56,755 nt of DNA from a virus (Duplodnaviria; Caudoviricetes). Shown one piece after another: positions 1 through 9,028 of the stretch. The DNA is taken from the IMG/VR virus record IMGVR_UViG_3300020442_002198, positions 1 to 56,755 of that record; one strand, 5' to 3'. Below the pieces are notes generated by a model. It did no database searches. It was not told where the DNA came from and saw nothing but the letters and a program-made list of their open reading frames with translations. A program made the translations under genes and the position numbers. Each line of letters starts with the position of its first letter. The stretch's first letter is position 1.

Positions 1-1514
1 GCCGCATTGTTACCTAATACCAGTGCTGGTTTACCTTCCATAAGAGCTTCACATGCAGCAATACTATTATATGTTACTAAGCAATGCACATCATCTGCTA
101 GTGCATCTTGTATAGTATTAGTACTAATTCTATCAGTACGGCTAGGCTTACGTCTTATGACTATTTCTCTATCAGTATAATTTTTAAGTTCTTTGACTGT
201 ACGATCTATCCAAGCGTCTAAGTTTTCTCCCCAAACTTCCATAACCTTTACACTAGGAGGACAGATTAATATCTTCCTTCCAGGTGTAAACTTTTTAAAT
301 CTATAACCAAATTTTCTAGCTCTATCATTAGGACGTAATTTTATTGGTCCTGTATATTGTAATCCATTTTTTGTAATACGATGTAGATATTTGTTTTTTA
401 TGTTACCCAAGTAACCAGTATCTATAGCATAGTATGTTCTTCCAGTTTTCCAACAATAGTGTAGTGCTTTTCTACTTCCGCCTCCTAAGCCTCTTATAAC
501 TAGAGCACGGTCTGTATCTTTTTCCCTATCCCAATTACTACACACACCTCCTGATCCTTTTACAAATGATGCAAGTATAGGATCAAAAGGCAACCCGTGA
601 TGATTAGAAAATCCTCCGGTGCTATCAATAGCCGCAATCTTTTCACTCATGAATTTTTCAGCCTTTCCTTTAATTGTGTTAAATGTTTTTCCATAAAACA
701 AACCGTCGGGATCTATTGTTACATCTAACAAATCATTTAATAATTCTTCTTTTTCAGGAGATAAATTTGCTAATGGTCCTGTATCTTTTGTTTGTTTAAT
801 TTCTTTACTTTTTTTTCTATTATATTGCTTCTCAGCTAGTAACCAGTCAACAGCATATTCACAACGTTCATATTCTTTAAACCAAGGACCTCCCTCTGTG
901 TAATGTATAGCTTTAGGCGCACCGTCCATTGGCTCTTTATACCAACCTGCTAACCAATTCCATTCATGAGACAGTTGTCCAATTTCACTGTCTTTTAACC
1001 AACTAAATCTGTGCATAAACTTTCCTGTGGTTTCAGGATCATTTACTAATTCTTTGTTACAATGCCTGTTTGAAGGATGGCTACAATTCCATAATACCAT
1101 ACTGGACCAATTTTTTCTAGGATAAATGTGTTGTTCTTGTCCGTCCATTTTTGTGCCTTCTTTAGGCGTATAATCGTGCTGGGCACACATTATTGCATAT
1201 TTGTCGTCTTTCAGTTGAAATAATTGTCTTATATCTGTTTTAAATAAAAAATCACAATCTATAAACAATGCCCAACCATCATAATTGCATAAGTGAGGAA
1301 TCAAAAATCTACTAAACGTAAATTCTGTACTTGCAAGTGCATCTACTTCTCTAGTGTAATGACCTTCTTTTTCTAAGTCTTTTAATTTTAAAGGATAAAT
1401 TTCTAATTGATCTGGATACTTACAAGTTTGTTCTATACTATGTTTTGCAACTTGATACGCAATATCCTCTCTGCTATCATATCCAATGTATACTCTAAGT
1501 CTATAACCGCTCAA
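1..1514 (-). CDS. Two-domain glycosyltransferase fusion, truncated at the window edge: N-terminal GT-A/GT8-like domain plus C-terminal KpsC/KpsS-like domain
   Basis: Absent from the ORF track (no stop in window); translated by hand. TTG at 1514 with GGAGG 6 nt upstream, frame open to the edge. N-half: RVYIGYDSREDIAY, STEFTFSRFLIP, DCDF (DxD), YPRKNWSS, HYTEGGPWF. C-half (in-frame ATG at 650): YAIDTGYLG ... LVTYNSIAACEALMEGKPALV. Confidence 0.75.
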   Translation of the reverse strand, partial: MSGYRLRVYIGYDSREDIAYQVAKHSIEQTCKYPDQLEIYPLKLKDLEKEGHYTREVDALASTEFTFSRFLIPHLCNYDGWALFIDCDFLFKTDIRQLFQLKDDKYAIMCAQHDYTPKEGTKMDGQEQHIYPRKNWSSMVLWNCSHPSNRHCNKELVNDPETTGKFMHRFSWLKDSEIGQLSHEWNWLAGWYKEPMDGAPKAIHYTEGGPWFKEYERCEYAVDWLLAEKQYNRKKSKEIKQTKDTGPLANLSPEKEELLNDLLDVTIDPDGLFYGKTFNTIKGKAEKFMSEKIAAIDSTGGFSNHHGLPFDPILASFVKGSGGVCSNWDREKDTDRALVIRGLGGGSRKALHYCWKTGRTYYAIDTGYLGNIKNKYLHRITKNGLQYTGPIKLRPNDRARKFGYRFKKFTPGRKILICPPSVKVMEVWGENLDAWIDRTVKELKNYTDREIVIRRKPSRTDRISTNTIQDALADDVHCLVTYNSIAACEALMEGKPALVLGNNA

Positions 1515-2280
1515 TATCTTCCTCCACACAATTTGTTCCGTATTGTATTTCTACAATTTTTAAAGGTTTATCAGTTTCATTTGCTAATTGGTGCCATTCA
1601 CCGGCCGGTATATGCAAAGTTTGATGTTCGTTATATATACCCCGCAACTCCTGATCACTGCTTACATTAAGAGTATAAACAGTTGCAGTACCTTCGCTTA
1701 CAAACCAATGTTCGCTACGCTCTTTATGTTTTTGCATACTTAATCTTTTACCTGGTTCTACAGTTAGTTCTTTTACTTTAACTTCAGGTCCATTTTCATG
1801 TAACACTCTATAGTACCCCCATATACGGTTAGTCTTGGGCTCTTTCCATTCACGTAATATCCAACTAGAAGAATTTTTCTTATCGTTGCCGCCAACACCC
1901 CAAGCAAATTCAACATTTGCATCATCTTTATAGGTATCTTCTTCTGGTACATTTCCTGGTTGGCGATCACCACCATTAGCAAAAATTATTTTTGTATTCA
2001 TAGGAGTGACTGACTTTACATGATGAATTGCACCGCAAGCATCATTAGTTTCTGCATCGTTATAACATACAGCAATTCTGTCTACCATTTCCAAATTTTG
2101 AATAATTGCTAAACGTTCTTGATAGGGCATAAATGCTTGTCCTTTTTTACGAACAAGCCATTCGTCTGAATTAAGTCCAACCCAAAGCTCGTCACCTAAT
2201 TTCTTAGCGGCTTTGAAATATTCAATATGTCCGGAGTGTAGTGGATCAAATCCACCAGTAACTAATACGATGCGTTTCAT
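1501..2280 (-). CDS. Cytidylyl/adenylyltransferase (HxGH family) fused to a mannose-6-phosphate-isomerase-type cupin
   Basis: TGGFDPLHSGH, VGLNSD, ANGGDR, KNSSS in the N-terminal domain; RIWGYYRVL, LSMQKHKERSEHW, WHQLAN, IVEIQYG..EEDIER in the C-terminal cupin. Confidence 0.85.
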   Translation of the reverse strand: MKRIVLVTGGFDPLHSGHIEYFKAAKKLGDELWVGLNSDEWLVRKKGQAFMPYQERLAIIQNLEMVDRIAVCYNDAETNDACGAIHHVKSVTPMNTKIIFANGGDRQPGNVPEEDTYKDDANVEFAWGVGGNDKKNSSSWILREWKEPKTNRIWGYYRVLHENGPEVKVKELTVEPGKRLSMQKHKERSEHWFVSEGTATVYTLNVSSDQELRGIYNEHQTLHIPAGEWHQLANETDKPLKIVEIQYGTNCVEEDIERL

Positions 2281-2285
2281 AATGA

Positions 2286-2293
2286 TATTTATA
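2286..2293 (-). promoter_or_regulatory. T4-type late promoter TATAAATA
   Basis: Exact T4 gp55 consensus, 5 nt upstream of the ATG at 2280. Confidence 0.7.
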
Positions 2294-2313
2294 TACGCAT
2301 TTAATTATATTGC

Positions 2314-2769
2314 CTAAAGAGTGGCGTCTTCCATTCCTGCAACACGTAATTTAGTTATATTTGTTATCTGCCACTGTTTTTGATCAAGTGCTTTTAACAC
2401 ACCTAACCATTTATTACGTAACAATGCAAATTCATTTATAATTTTTTCATAGTCAACAACATCTGCTTCGCCGTCAACATATCTATCGACATCTCTACTA
2501 GACAAAGCACGTTGATAATTTTCAAGATATTTTTTAAAATAAGAACTACGTAATCTACGCAGTTCAATATTTAGATAATTGAGTATCGCTTCAATCTCTT
2601 GTAACTGATTAAAGCGATGCTCAACAATGCCTGGCATGGACGCAGAAGCACGTTCCAAATTGCCGCTAAGTTTACATTCTACTCTTGCTTCTTCAAGTTC
2701 TGCCTCAAAGAATGCAACAGCATTAGGAATCTTACCAACATCTCTACTTACTTCTGAGTACCAACCCAT
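2314..2769 (-). CDS. uvsY: Recombination mediator UvsY-like
   Basis: 151 aa, helical; KKYLENY, DVDRYVDGEADV, LKALDQKQWQITN pattern; two genes downstream of uvsX. Confidence 0.7.
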   Translation of the reverse strand: MGWYSEVSRDVGKIPNAVAFFEAELEEARVECKLSGNLERASASMPGIVEHRFNQLQEIEAILNYLNIELRRLRSSYFKKYLENYQRALSSRDVDRYVDGEADVVDYEKIINEFALLRNKWLGVLKALDQKQWQITNITKLRVAGMEDATL

Positions 2770-3003
2770 TTAGTCTTCCCACTCGTTGTTGTAGTCATCC
2801 TCGTCATCCCATTCATCATCAAGATAGTAATTTATTGCACTATCTAATTCAGTACAGGATCCAAGTGCTTCGCGAAACGACTCGTCGCTTGTACCATAAT
2901 CTGCACAAATATCAACAAAGCGTTCTGCTACAGTTTCGACTTTCTTAGGGTCAATCGAATCTTTAAACACTAACCAAATGTCTACAATTTGACTTTCGTC
3001 CAT
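2770..3003 (-). CDS. Small acidic hypothetical protein
   Basis: 77 aa ORF with GAGGAG RBS, packed between uvsX and uvsY; very acidic C-terminus. Confidence 0.7.
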   Translation of the reverse strand: MDESQIVDIWLVFKDSIDPKKVETVAERFVDICADYGTSDESFREALGSCTELDSAINYYLDDEWDDEDDYNNEWED

Positions 3004-3006
3004 ATT

Positions 3007-4083
3007 CTACTCCTCGGTAATCTCTTCAACTACTTCTTCAGTAGCGTCCTGGGTATTTACCACAGTCTGCTCTTTAATTAGGTAGTCTGACATTACTTTG
3101 TCAAGAAGTTCTCCAGTCCATTTTTTACGATAATCTAACAGTTCTTCACCATCAAGTGTTGTATAAGCAAGTCTATTACCTGACTTTACAATAAGTCCTT
3201 TTTTCTCAAAAAGTTCAAGTAGTCCGCTATAAGGATTCATACCTGTTTCGTATGGAATCTTAACCTGTACACCTTCAAAAGGTTTTGCGTAGCGTGTTTT
3301 CATTACTTTACAACCTGCACGAATACCACGTACCTCGCTGATTTTATTACCATCTTCATCTTCTTTTAGTTTTAGTTTTTTCATTGCTACAACAATTGAA
3401 GATGCATAGATAAAGCCTTGACCACCTGAAATCTTATCATCTGGATCAAACATGTCTTGCGATGCATATGTGTGGTTAGTACATACAAGTCCTACATTAT
3501 GTGAACCAATCATGTTAACTGTGTTACGAACAAGTGCAGTCAATGCCTTAGGCTTACGACCCATATCACCTTTCATATCACCTTTGTTAAATTGATCAAC
3601 ATCTGTAGGTGTTAGTAACATGCCTAAACTATCAATTACAAACAACACCTTAGGGCGTTCTTCTTCGTTCATTGCTTTGTAGTCTGCCATAAACACACTA
3701 ATAGTTTTTGCAACGTCATCGATCATCGACATGTTTAGTTTAAGTAGTTTTTCTTCACTTGTGTCTACATCTAATGCATGTAACCAAGTTTCGTCAAGTG
3801 CATTCTCTGAGTCAATAAGAACTACAAATATACCTTGATCTTGTGCGGCTTTAACAATATTACCGGCACAAATATATGATTTGCCTGCACCACTTTCGCC
3901 TGCAAACACTGTTACCTTACCCATTGGCACACCTTTGTTAAAGTCGCCTGATATAAGATAGTTGAGTGCGTAATTACCTGTGCTAATCCAATCAGTTGGA
4001 TCGTTGAATCCTGCACTCATACCTGAAATAGATTTTGTCAATGAATTCCGAAACTTTGTCGGATCAAATGCCTTAGTCGCCAT
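3007..4083 (-). CDS. uvsX: RecA-like recombinase UvsX
   Basis: Walker A GESGAGKS, IDSENALD, Walker B FVIDSLG, NHTY, SGG.G..YASS; AAGGAGA RBS. Confidence 0.92.
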   Translation of the reverse strand: MATKAFDPTKFRNSLTKSISGMSAGFNDPTDWISTGNYALNYLISGDFNKGVPMGKVTVFAGESGAGKSYICAGNIVKAAQDQGIFVVLIDSENALDETWLHALDVDTSEEKLLKLNMSMIDDVAKTISVFMADYKAMNEEERPKVLFVIDSLGMLLTPTDVDQFNKGDMKGDMGRKPKALTALVRNTVNMIGSHNVGLVCTNHTYASQDMFDPDDKISGGQGFIYASSIVVAMKKLKLKEDEDGNKISEVRGIRAGCKVMKTRYAKPFEGVQVKIPYETGMNPYSGLLELFEKKGLIVKSGNRLAYTTLDGEELLDYRKKWTGELLDKVMSDYLIKEQTVVNTQDATEEVVEEITEE

Positions 4084-4103
4084 AATATCTCCTTTTTAAA
4101 AGT

Positions 4104-4175
4104 ACCTCTACTAACGTTTGGAACGTTGACAGCCAATGGCAATGAATCGCTGTTCTCGATTTTGTTAGTAGAGGT
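4104..4175 (-). other. Structured intergenic RNA element (12-bp perfect stem enclosing 48 nt)
   Basis: acctctactaac (4104-4115) is the exact reverse complement of gttagtagaggt (4164-4175); lies between the gp32 stop and the uvsX RBS. Confidence 0.65.
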
Positions 4176-4183
4176 TCTATATC

Positions 4184-5188
4184 TTACTGACCTTGTCTAG
4201 CACGGATCATTGCTAAAATGTCCTGTGCATTACCTTCTGCAGGTGCCGCATCTGCTTTTGGTGCAGGAGCAGTATCTGCTTTTTCTTCAGTAGTTTCTGT
4301 AGCTGGTGCTGTCTCAGCTACTGGAGCGGGTGTCGGCGCACTTTGACTTGTAGCAGTTGCCTTAGGACTTGCCGCTACATTAGGATCACCTGTACGTGCC
4401 GCCATACCTGCTGGACGGAAGTATTGACCAAACTTATCTGCATCATATGCTTCACCATCTACTGATGCTTCAAACATTTCTTGCATTACTTTAAGTTCTA
4501 CTTCGCCTGGCTTCTTAGGCAGGAAGTCTCCCAGATTATATAAGCCATGTGTTTCAATAGCTTTCATTTCAGCATCTCCTAGAGGACGCTCTCTACGAGC
4601 CCAATTAGATGTTGAATAATCTGCATAACCGCCTTTAGACGTTTTGTTAAGACGGAAGTCAACACCAGCAGTGTAATCTGTTGGTAGTTCTTCCATATCA
4701 GGATCCATCAATGCCTGCTTGATGATCTGAAAGATCTGCGGACCAATGATAAATCTACGGATTGGATTTTCTGGCGTGCTATCTTCTGATAACGGATTAT
4801 CAGTTACAAATCCTTGGAAGATATAACTTCTTTTCTTCCAATACTTACGACCCATGTCTTCAAGACTTGGATCTTTAAACCAACCACGTACTTCATTTAG
4901 AATGTTACATGTCTCTCCGTACATTTCCATACATGGAATCTGTACCTGTACTGGACGTGAATCAGTTTCACCTTTTACTCCTGCAAAAGGAAGTTTGATA
5001 ACCAAACGTTCTTGCCAGAAAAATGTGTTATCTGCATTGCCATCAGGAAGGAAACGTAGAGTTGCACTCTCGCCTTCTTTAATATTCCAAAATGGGTAAA
5101 TGCTGTTATCACCACCACCTGATGATGTATTTGAAGAGCGATTCTCTTGTTCTTTAAGTTTCGCTCGGATTTCTGCTAATGATGCCAT
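4184..5188 (-). CDS. gp32: Single-stranded DNA-binding protein, T4 gp32-like
   Basis: ATLRFLPD, C..MYG..C, YWKKRSY, IIGPQIF, G.DFRL.KT.KGGYADYSTS; low-complexity Ala/Pro/Thr C-terminal tail; AGGAGG RBS. Confidence 0.88.
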   Translation of the reverse strand: MASLAEIRAKLKEQENRSSNTSSGGGDNSIYPFWNIKEGESATLRFLPDGNADNTFFWQERLVIKLPFAGVKGETDSRPVQVQIPCMEMYGETCNILNEVRGWFKDPSLEDMGRKYWKKRSYIFQGFVTDNPLSEDSTPENPIRRFIIGPQIFQIIKQALMDPDMEELPTDYTAGVDFRLNKTSKGGYADYSTSNWARRERPLGDAEMKAIETHGLYNLGDFLPKKPGEVELKVMQEMFEASVDGEAYDADKFGQYFRPAGMAARTGDPNVAASPKATATSQSAPTPAPVAETAPATETTEEKADTAPAPKADAAPAEGNAQDILAMIRARQGQ

Positions 5189-5251
5189 AATATAAGCCTC
5201 CTATGTTTTGCCTTTAGCTTGTGCCTTTGTTTATCATACAGCACATTATGT

Positions 5252-5280
5252 ACTATATGACATTATATAGCAGAAGTCAA
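5252..5280 (-). promoter_or_regulatory. Sigma70-like promoter for gp32-uvsX-uvsY
   Basis: TTGACT (5280-5275), 17 nt spacer, TATAGT (5257-5252). Confidence 0.65.
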
Positions 5281-5293
5281 CCACTTTCTGCTA
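5268..5293. promoter_or_regulatory. 8-bp inverted repeat overlapping the -35 box (operator or weak terminator)
   Basis: tagcagaa (5268-5275) and ttctgcta (5286-5293) with a 10-nt spacer. Confidence 0.4.
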
Positions 5294-5309
5294 AATTCTT
5301 GAAATTATT

Positions 5310-7073
5310 TTAAATTCCTGCTATTCTTCGAATATCGTCTAGTTCTGTGGTGTCATCCATTAGTTCTGGATCTTTGTATCCGTTAATTTCTTTATACTTG
5401 GCATTTATTGCTTCTATAAATGCTTTTGCAGGATTGATAAACTGTTCGCCATAATCTTTTTCAATAGCTGTTAGTACTGCTGTTTCGCCCTTTGGAAACT
5501 GTCCTGTGTGCCTATCATAGTGAGAAAGAATAAATTCACTTATTGGTGTTTGTTCTTTTTCATCTCGGCCTTCCATTACATCTGGCACGCCATTGCCATT
5601 AGCATCTTTCCACCATGAACCTGTTTCGTCATGTGAGTCGTGCGAGCATCCACAGGTTGGTCTACAGTTGTGCATTTGGCAACCGCAATCCTCGCAATGA
5701 TATTTTTGATAGCCTTTCATGTATCCTTCTTCTAATTCACTATCATTTTCAGCAAATTGTCCCATAAGTTCATCAAATGCACCTTCGATTGTTTCGTCAT
5801 GTACATCTTCCATAGGTACCTTATCAAAGTCGCCAAATGGTTCTTTTACATATTGGAACACTAACATTTCTAAAGTTTCAGTATCATTTACGTCAACATA
5901 GGCATCTAAATTTTTATAGTACTTACATGCATCAGCATCTCCATCTTCACAAGCAATTTTTATTGCTCGTCCTAAAGGTGAATCTTTTGCTGTAGGCATA
6001 ATCTTACTTGCGGCATATCCTGCGCCTGCAATACCTAGTAATCCTAGTATAATTGGAGCAATTTCGTCCACACGTTCTTCTGATAGATCATCAGGACCAA
6101 GTTCATCTGCTTTCGTTTTTTCACTTATTAGTTTATATATGTAAGGAAATACATCTTGTAGTTCTTCGTTAAACTGTCGGATTGTAAGTTGATCAATCCA
6201 ATTTTCAGCTACATCAGTTGGCACATCTTCTAGTATAGCTGTTTCGAATGTATCCATAGCTTCTTTATAATGTGTCTCACGCTGTAGCTTATGTACTGTA
6301 TTTTTAATTGTATCAATTCTTTCAATTACAGCTTCGCTATATGCACTTAATCCTTCTGCCATTACAGCTGAACGACTCATATAAGTTTTAAACTTGCGGA
6401 GATTAGCTAACTCTTCTGATAGTCCTGTAATGTATTTGCCGAAATCATCATGTGGCTTCCCACCTTCTGAAACGTGTCTTGCCATTGCTCTTGCACCATT
6501 TAAATGTTTGAATGGATATATAAATCGTTCACCTTCTGAACTTTCAATAAACAATGCGCCAATGTGTTGTGTTCGTCCTGCCGCTAATTCTTGGTTGACA
6601 GGCTTTGTATGTTCAATAGTTACTCTTGCAGTACCTATATCCTGATAGCTCTTTCTACTTGTGCCATATAGTTTTGCTTCATTCATTTGTTCTTCTCCGC
6701 TGCGTTGTTTCGCTAAGAATTGATAATCTCTTTTGTCAAGATTGGATTTATTAATATTACGTGTATCAAATGTTAGTAATCTTTTTTTAGCAAACATTCT
6801 TAATTCTTTCAAAAAATCGTACCACGCATTTCTTGTTAATTGATCTTCTGTAGCAACAAAGTCTGTATTATACATTACTTGTACAGCATTATCTGTAAGC
6901 GTAACACTAACACTACCTAAACTTTTTTCACCTTGCTTATATTGAAAATCAAAAAATCGAGCAAGTTTTGGTTGATCAGTAACTTTTCCTTCCTCATCTC
7001 CAATAGTAATAGAAGGAAATCTACCTCTTATTTTATTAAAAAGTTCTTCTGCTATTAAATCTAAATTCTTCAT
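5310..7073 (-). CDS. Putative virion (internal head) protein
   Basis: Start moved to the ATG at 7073 (MKNLDLIAE), downstream of a late promoter. Several (L/V/M)-x-E sites, C-terminal ELDDIRRIAGI, follows the terminase. Function inferred. Confidence 0.55.
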   Translation of the reverse strand: MKNLDLIAEELFNKIRGRFPSITIGDEEGKVTDQPKLARFFDFQYKQGEKSLGSVSVTLTDNAVQVMYNTDFVATEDQLTRNAWYDFLKELRMFAKKRLLTFDTRNINKSNLDKRDYQFLAKQRSGEEQMNEAKLYGTSRKSYQDIGTARVTIEHTKPVNQELAAGRTQHIGALFIESSEGERFIYPFKHLNGARAMARHVSEGGKPHDDFGKYITGLSEELANLRKFKTYMSRSAVMAEGLSAYSEAVIERIDTIKNTVHKLQRETHYKEAMDTFETAILEDVPTDVAENWIDQLTIRQFNEELQDVFPYIYKLISEKTKADELGPDDLSEERVDEIAPIILGLLGIAGAGYAASKIMPTAKDSPLGRAIKIACEDGDADACKYYKNLDAYVDVNDTETLEMLVFQYVKEPFGDFDKVPMEDVHDETIEGAFDELMGQFAENDSELEEGYMKGYQKYHCEDCGCQMHNCRPTCGCSHDSHDETGSWWKDANGNGVPDVMEGRDEKEQTPISEFILSHYDRHTGQFPKGETAVLTAIEKDYGEQFINPAKAFIEAINAKYKEINGYKDPELMDDTTELDDIRRIAGI

Positions 7074-7080
7074 GACATAG

Positions 7081-7088
7081 TATTTATC
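7081..7088 (-). promoter_or_regulatory. Late promoter GATAAATA
   Basis: Overlaps the terminase stop codon, 7 nt upstream of ATG 7073. Confidence 0.6.
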
Positions 7089-8667
7089 AATAGTTGGTTG
7101 ATATGAAGATTGGCATCGGCGCTTGATAATCTTCTGCTTCTTCAACAGTAGTGAAGGTGTTATATATTCTAGGATCCCAATCTTTTAGTACAGTCATCAT
7201 ACGTATTATCAATAATACTGCACTTATTAAATCATCTGTTTCTCCAGGCTTGGCTTTAAAACTACTTCCTGCCGCAATAAATCCTTTAAGTTCTGTAATC
7301 AAAGGCCCACTCTGAACTTTCATTTTATCACTTTCTATCATAGTCTTTAATCTTGCACAGGCACTTACCTTTGTGCTGTGTGTAGTATTAAATCCTTTAC
7401 GGAATTTACGAACATGTCCTTTGCGTATCGGCTCACTTACGAACAAACCTGGAATGTTTTCTTCTCCAAAATCATTTATTACAATTAGTGCCGCTTCTCC
7501 TATACTGTTATTTTCTACACTCCAGTATATGCTGTTTGCACTACCAACTTGTTGTTCTATATACTTTGCTATATCTGTCATAATACGTATCTGTGCAGGT
7601 ATAGGTGTAGTATTATGCCTCCATTCTGCTACTTGTTCATAGGCAGGTAATTCAAATACTTGTATAGCGGCGTAGTCCCCGCCTGTGCCCATTGCTGGAT
7701 CCAAAGCAATAGCATATGTTGAATCGGATTTAACTTTTTTATACCATCTTGTTTGCCCCATATTCATTATAGGTTTGGACCCCTCCATATTTGCAAGATG
7801 TATACTGTTGATTAGTGTTTCGTCAAATACAAGAAACTCACAACCATATTCACGCCTAAATTTTTCTTCGCCTATTCTGCCAATTTCTTCATCTCGCCAA
7901 ACTTCGTCCCTGTCTGGATGTTCGTCCCATGTTGCAATAAAACTATGAAATCCATTTATTCCTAGTTCTTGTTCATTACCGTGTTCGTCGTATTTTTGTT
8001 CAGCTTGTTTCCATATTGTAGCAAACGTATCTTCATCTGAATTAGGTGTGCTTGTAATAATTGCTCGACCACCAGTTGCTAGTGTAGGTGATATCGATGT
8101 CCAAAACTCTTCAGCAATATTAGGTTGCACAAATGCAAACTCGTCACAGTATAGTAAAGAAATACTCATACCACGTCCTGTGTTGCCTGTTGTTGTTTGG
8201 CTTACAATTCTACTGCCGTTTTCAAATTCAATTGATCCTTTATTATAACTTGTAACACCTGCCCTAATATAATCTTCGCACATTTCATATACATAACGTA
8301 TACGAGCCATTATTTCTTGTGCGCCTGTATATTTGTGAGCGGCGATTAGAATTGTTTGATCAGGATTAAACATAGCATACCAACACAAGTATATTGCCGC
8401 ACATGTAGTTTTACCTGTTTGACGTGGCATCATGTTTATGTTGAATCTATAGCTGTGATAACTGTGTAGTAATCTTAATTGGTATTCATATGGATCAAAT
8501 AAAAGTTTACCTTGTACTGGATGTTGTATAAAAGAAAATTTACGTGCAAAGTGCAGATAGCCTTTGTCAGGATCCATGCACATAGCTAAATCTTGTATTT
8601 GTTCTTCAGTGAACGTTTCTTTTTTATTTGCTTTTTTGGTTAGGACACCATCTAAACTTTTTGACAT
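7087..8667 (-). CDS. gp17: Terminase large subunit, T4 gp17-like
   Basis: PYEYQ, Walker A PRQTGKTT, Walker B LLYCDEFAF, ITSTPN, FRREYGCEF, nuclease ALDPAMGTGGDY, VENN, TDDL. Confidence 0.95.
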   Translation of the reverse strand: MSKSLDGVLTKKANKKETFTEEQIQDLAMCMDPDKGYLHFARKFSFIQHPVQGKLLFDPYEYQLRLLHSYHSYRFNINMMPRQTGKTTCAAIYLCWYAMFNPDQTILIAAHKYTGAQEIMARIRYVYEMCEDYIRAGVTSYNKGSIEFENGSRIVSQTTTGNTGRGMSISLLYCDEFAFVQPNIAEEFWTSISPTLATGGRAIITSTPNSDEDTFATIWKQAEQKYDEHGNEQELGINGFHSFIATWDEHPDRDEVWRDEEIGRIGEEKFRREYGCEFLVFDETLINSIHLANMEGSKPIMNMGQTRWYKKVKSDSTYAIALDPAMGTGGDYAAIQVFELPAYEQVAEWRHNTTPIPAQIRIMTDIAKYIEQQVGSANSIYWSVENNSIGEAALIVINDFGEENIPGLFVSEPIRKGHVRKFRKGFNTTHSTKVSACARLKTMIESDKMKVQSGPLITELKGFIAAGSSFKAKPGETDDLISAVLLIIRMMTVLKDWDPRIYNTFTTVEEAEDYQAPMPIFISTNY

Positions 8668-8671
8668 AACG

Positions 8672-8679
8672 TATTTAAC
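8672..8679 (-). promoter_or_regulatory. Late promoter GTTAAATA
   Basis: 4 nt upstream of the terminase ATG; includes the stop codon of the upstream ORF. Confidence 0.55.
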
Positions 8680-9028
8680 CTATGATATCGTCATAGTATC
8701 CTGTATCGAACCTTAAATCAAATAGCTTACGCTTATCTTGCTGTATTAATATAGGTATAGGAGCACCGTTAGGACCAACAGTTGGTTCACTCCACAACCA
8801 TTCATACTTAGGATCTATATCAATTTTTTTGTGTAATTTTTTAAGACGTCTACGATTGTATTTTTCGCATATGTAAACAATGGCTTGATTTTCACCTAAC
8901 GGTTCAATTTCACCAGTCCATTTTACAAATTTGATTTCACCTTTTTTATGTGCGGCTCCACTCCAAGGACATACAGGTCTAATGTGTTGGAAGTACTGTT
9001 CCCAGTTAACCTCTTGACTTCTTACCAC
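8675..9028 (-). CDS. Hypothetical protein (start uncertain)
   Basis: Fills the gap between the 864-aa gene and the terminase. In-frame GTG at 9028 is preferred over the track start (9187), which overlaps the upstream gene by about 180 nt. Contains VCPWS. Confidence 0.55.
   Translation of the reverse strand: MVRSQEVNWEQYFQHIRPVCPWSGAAHKKGEIKFVKWTGEIEPLGENQAIVYICEKYNRRRLKKLHKKIDIDPKYEWLWSEPTVGPNGAPIPILIQQDKRKLFDLRFDTGYYDDIIG

Noticed and set aside
3054-3061. GGTAAATA near the end of uvsX as an internal late promoter for the 77-aa gene and uvsY
   Set aside because: Plausible, but TAAATA occurs by chance in AT-rich coding DNA and there is no independent support.
4084-4183. SAM-V riboswitch or self-cleaving ribozyme
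   Set aside because: The UAAAAAGGAGA ending is reminiscent of SAM-V, but I could not find its P1/loop consensus or a hammerhead core; kept only as an unassigned structure.
7074-7145. Track start for the 611-aa ORF (also 20656, 20649, 23230, 28214 for other genes)
   Set aside because: These starts overlap upstream genes or promoters; downstream ATGs fit the promoter and RBS positions better.
3007-8667. Inteins or introns in UvsX or terminase
   Set aside because: Both have ordinary lengths and continuous motif order, with no intein splice-junction or homing-endonuclease motifs.
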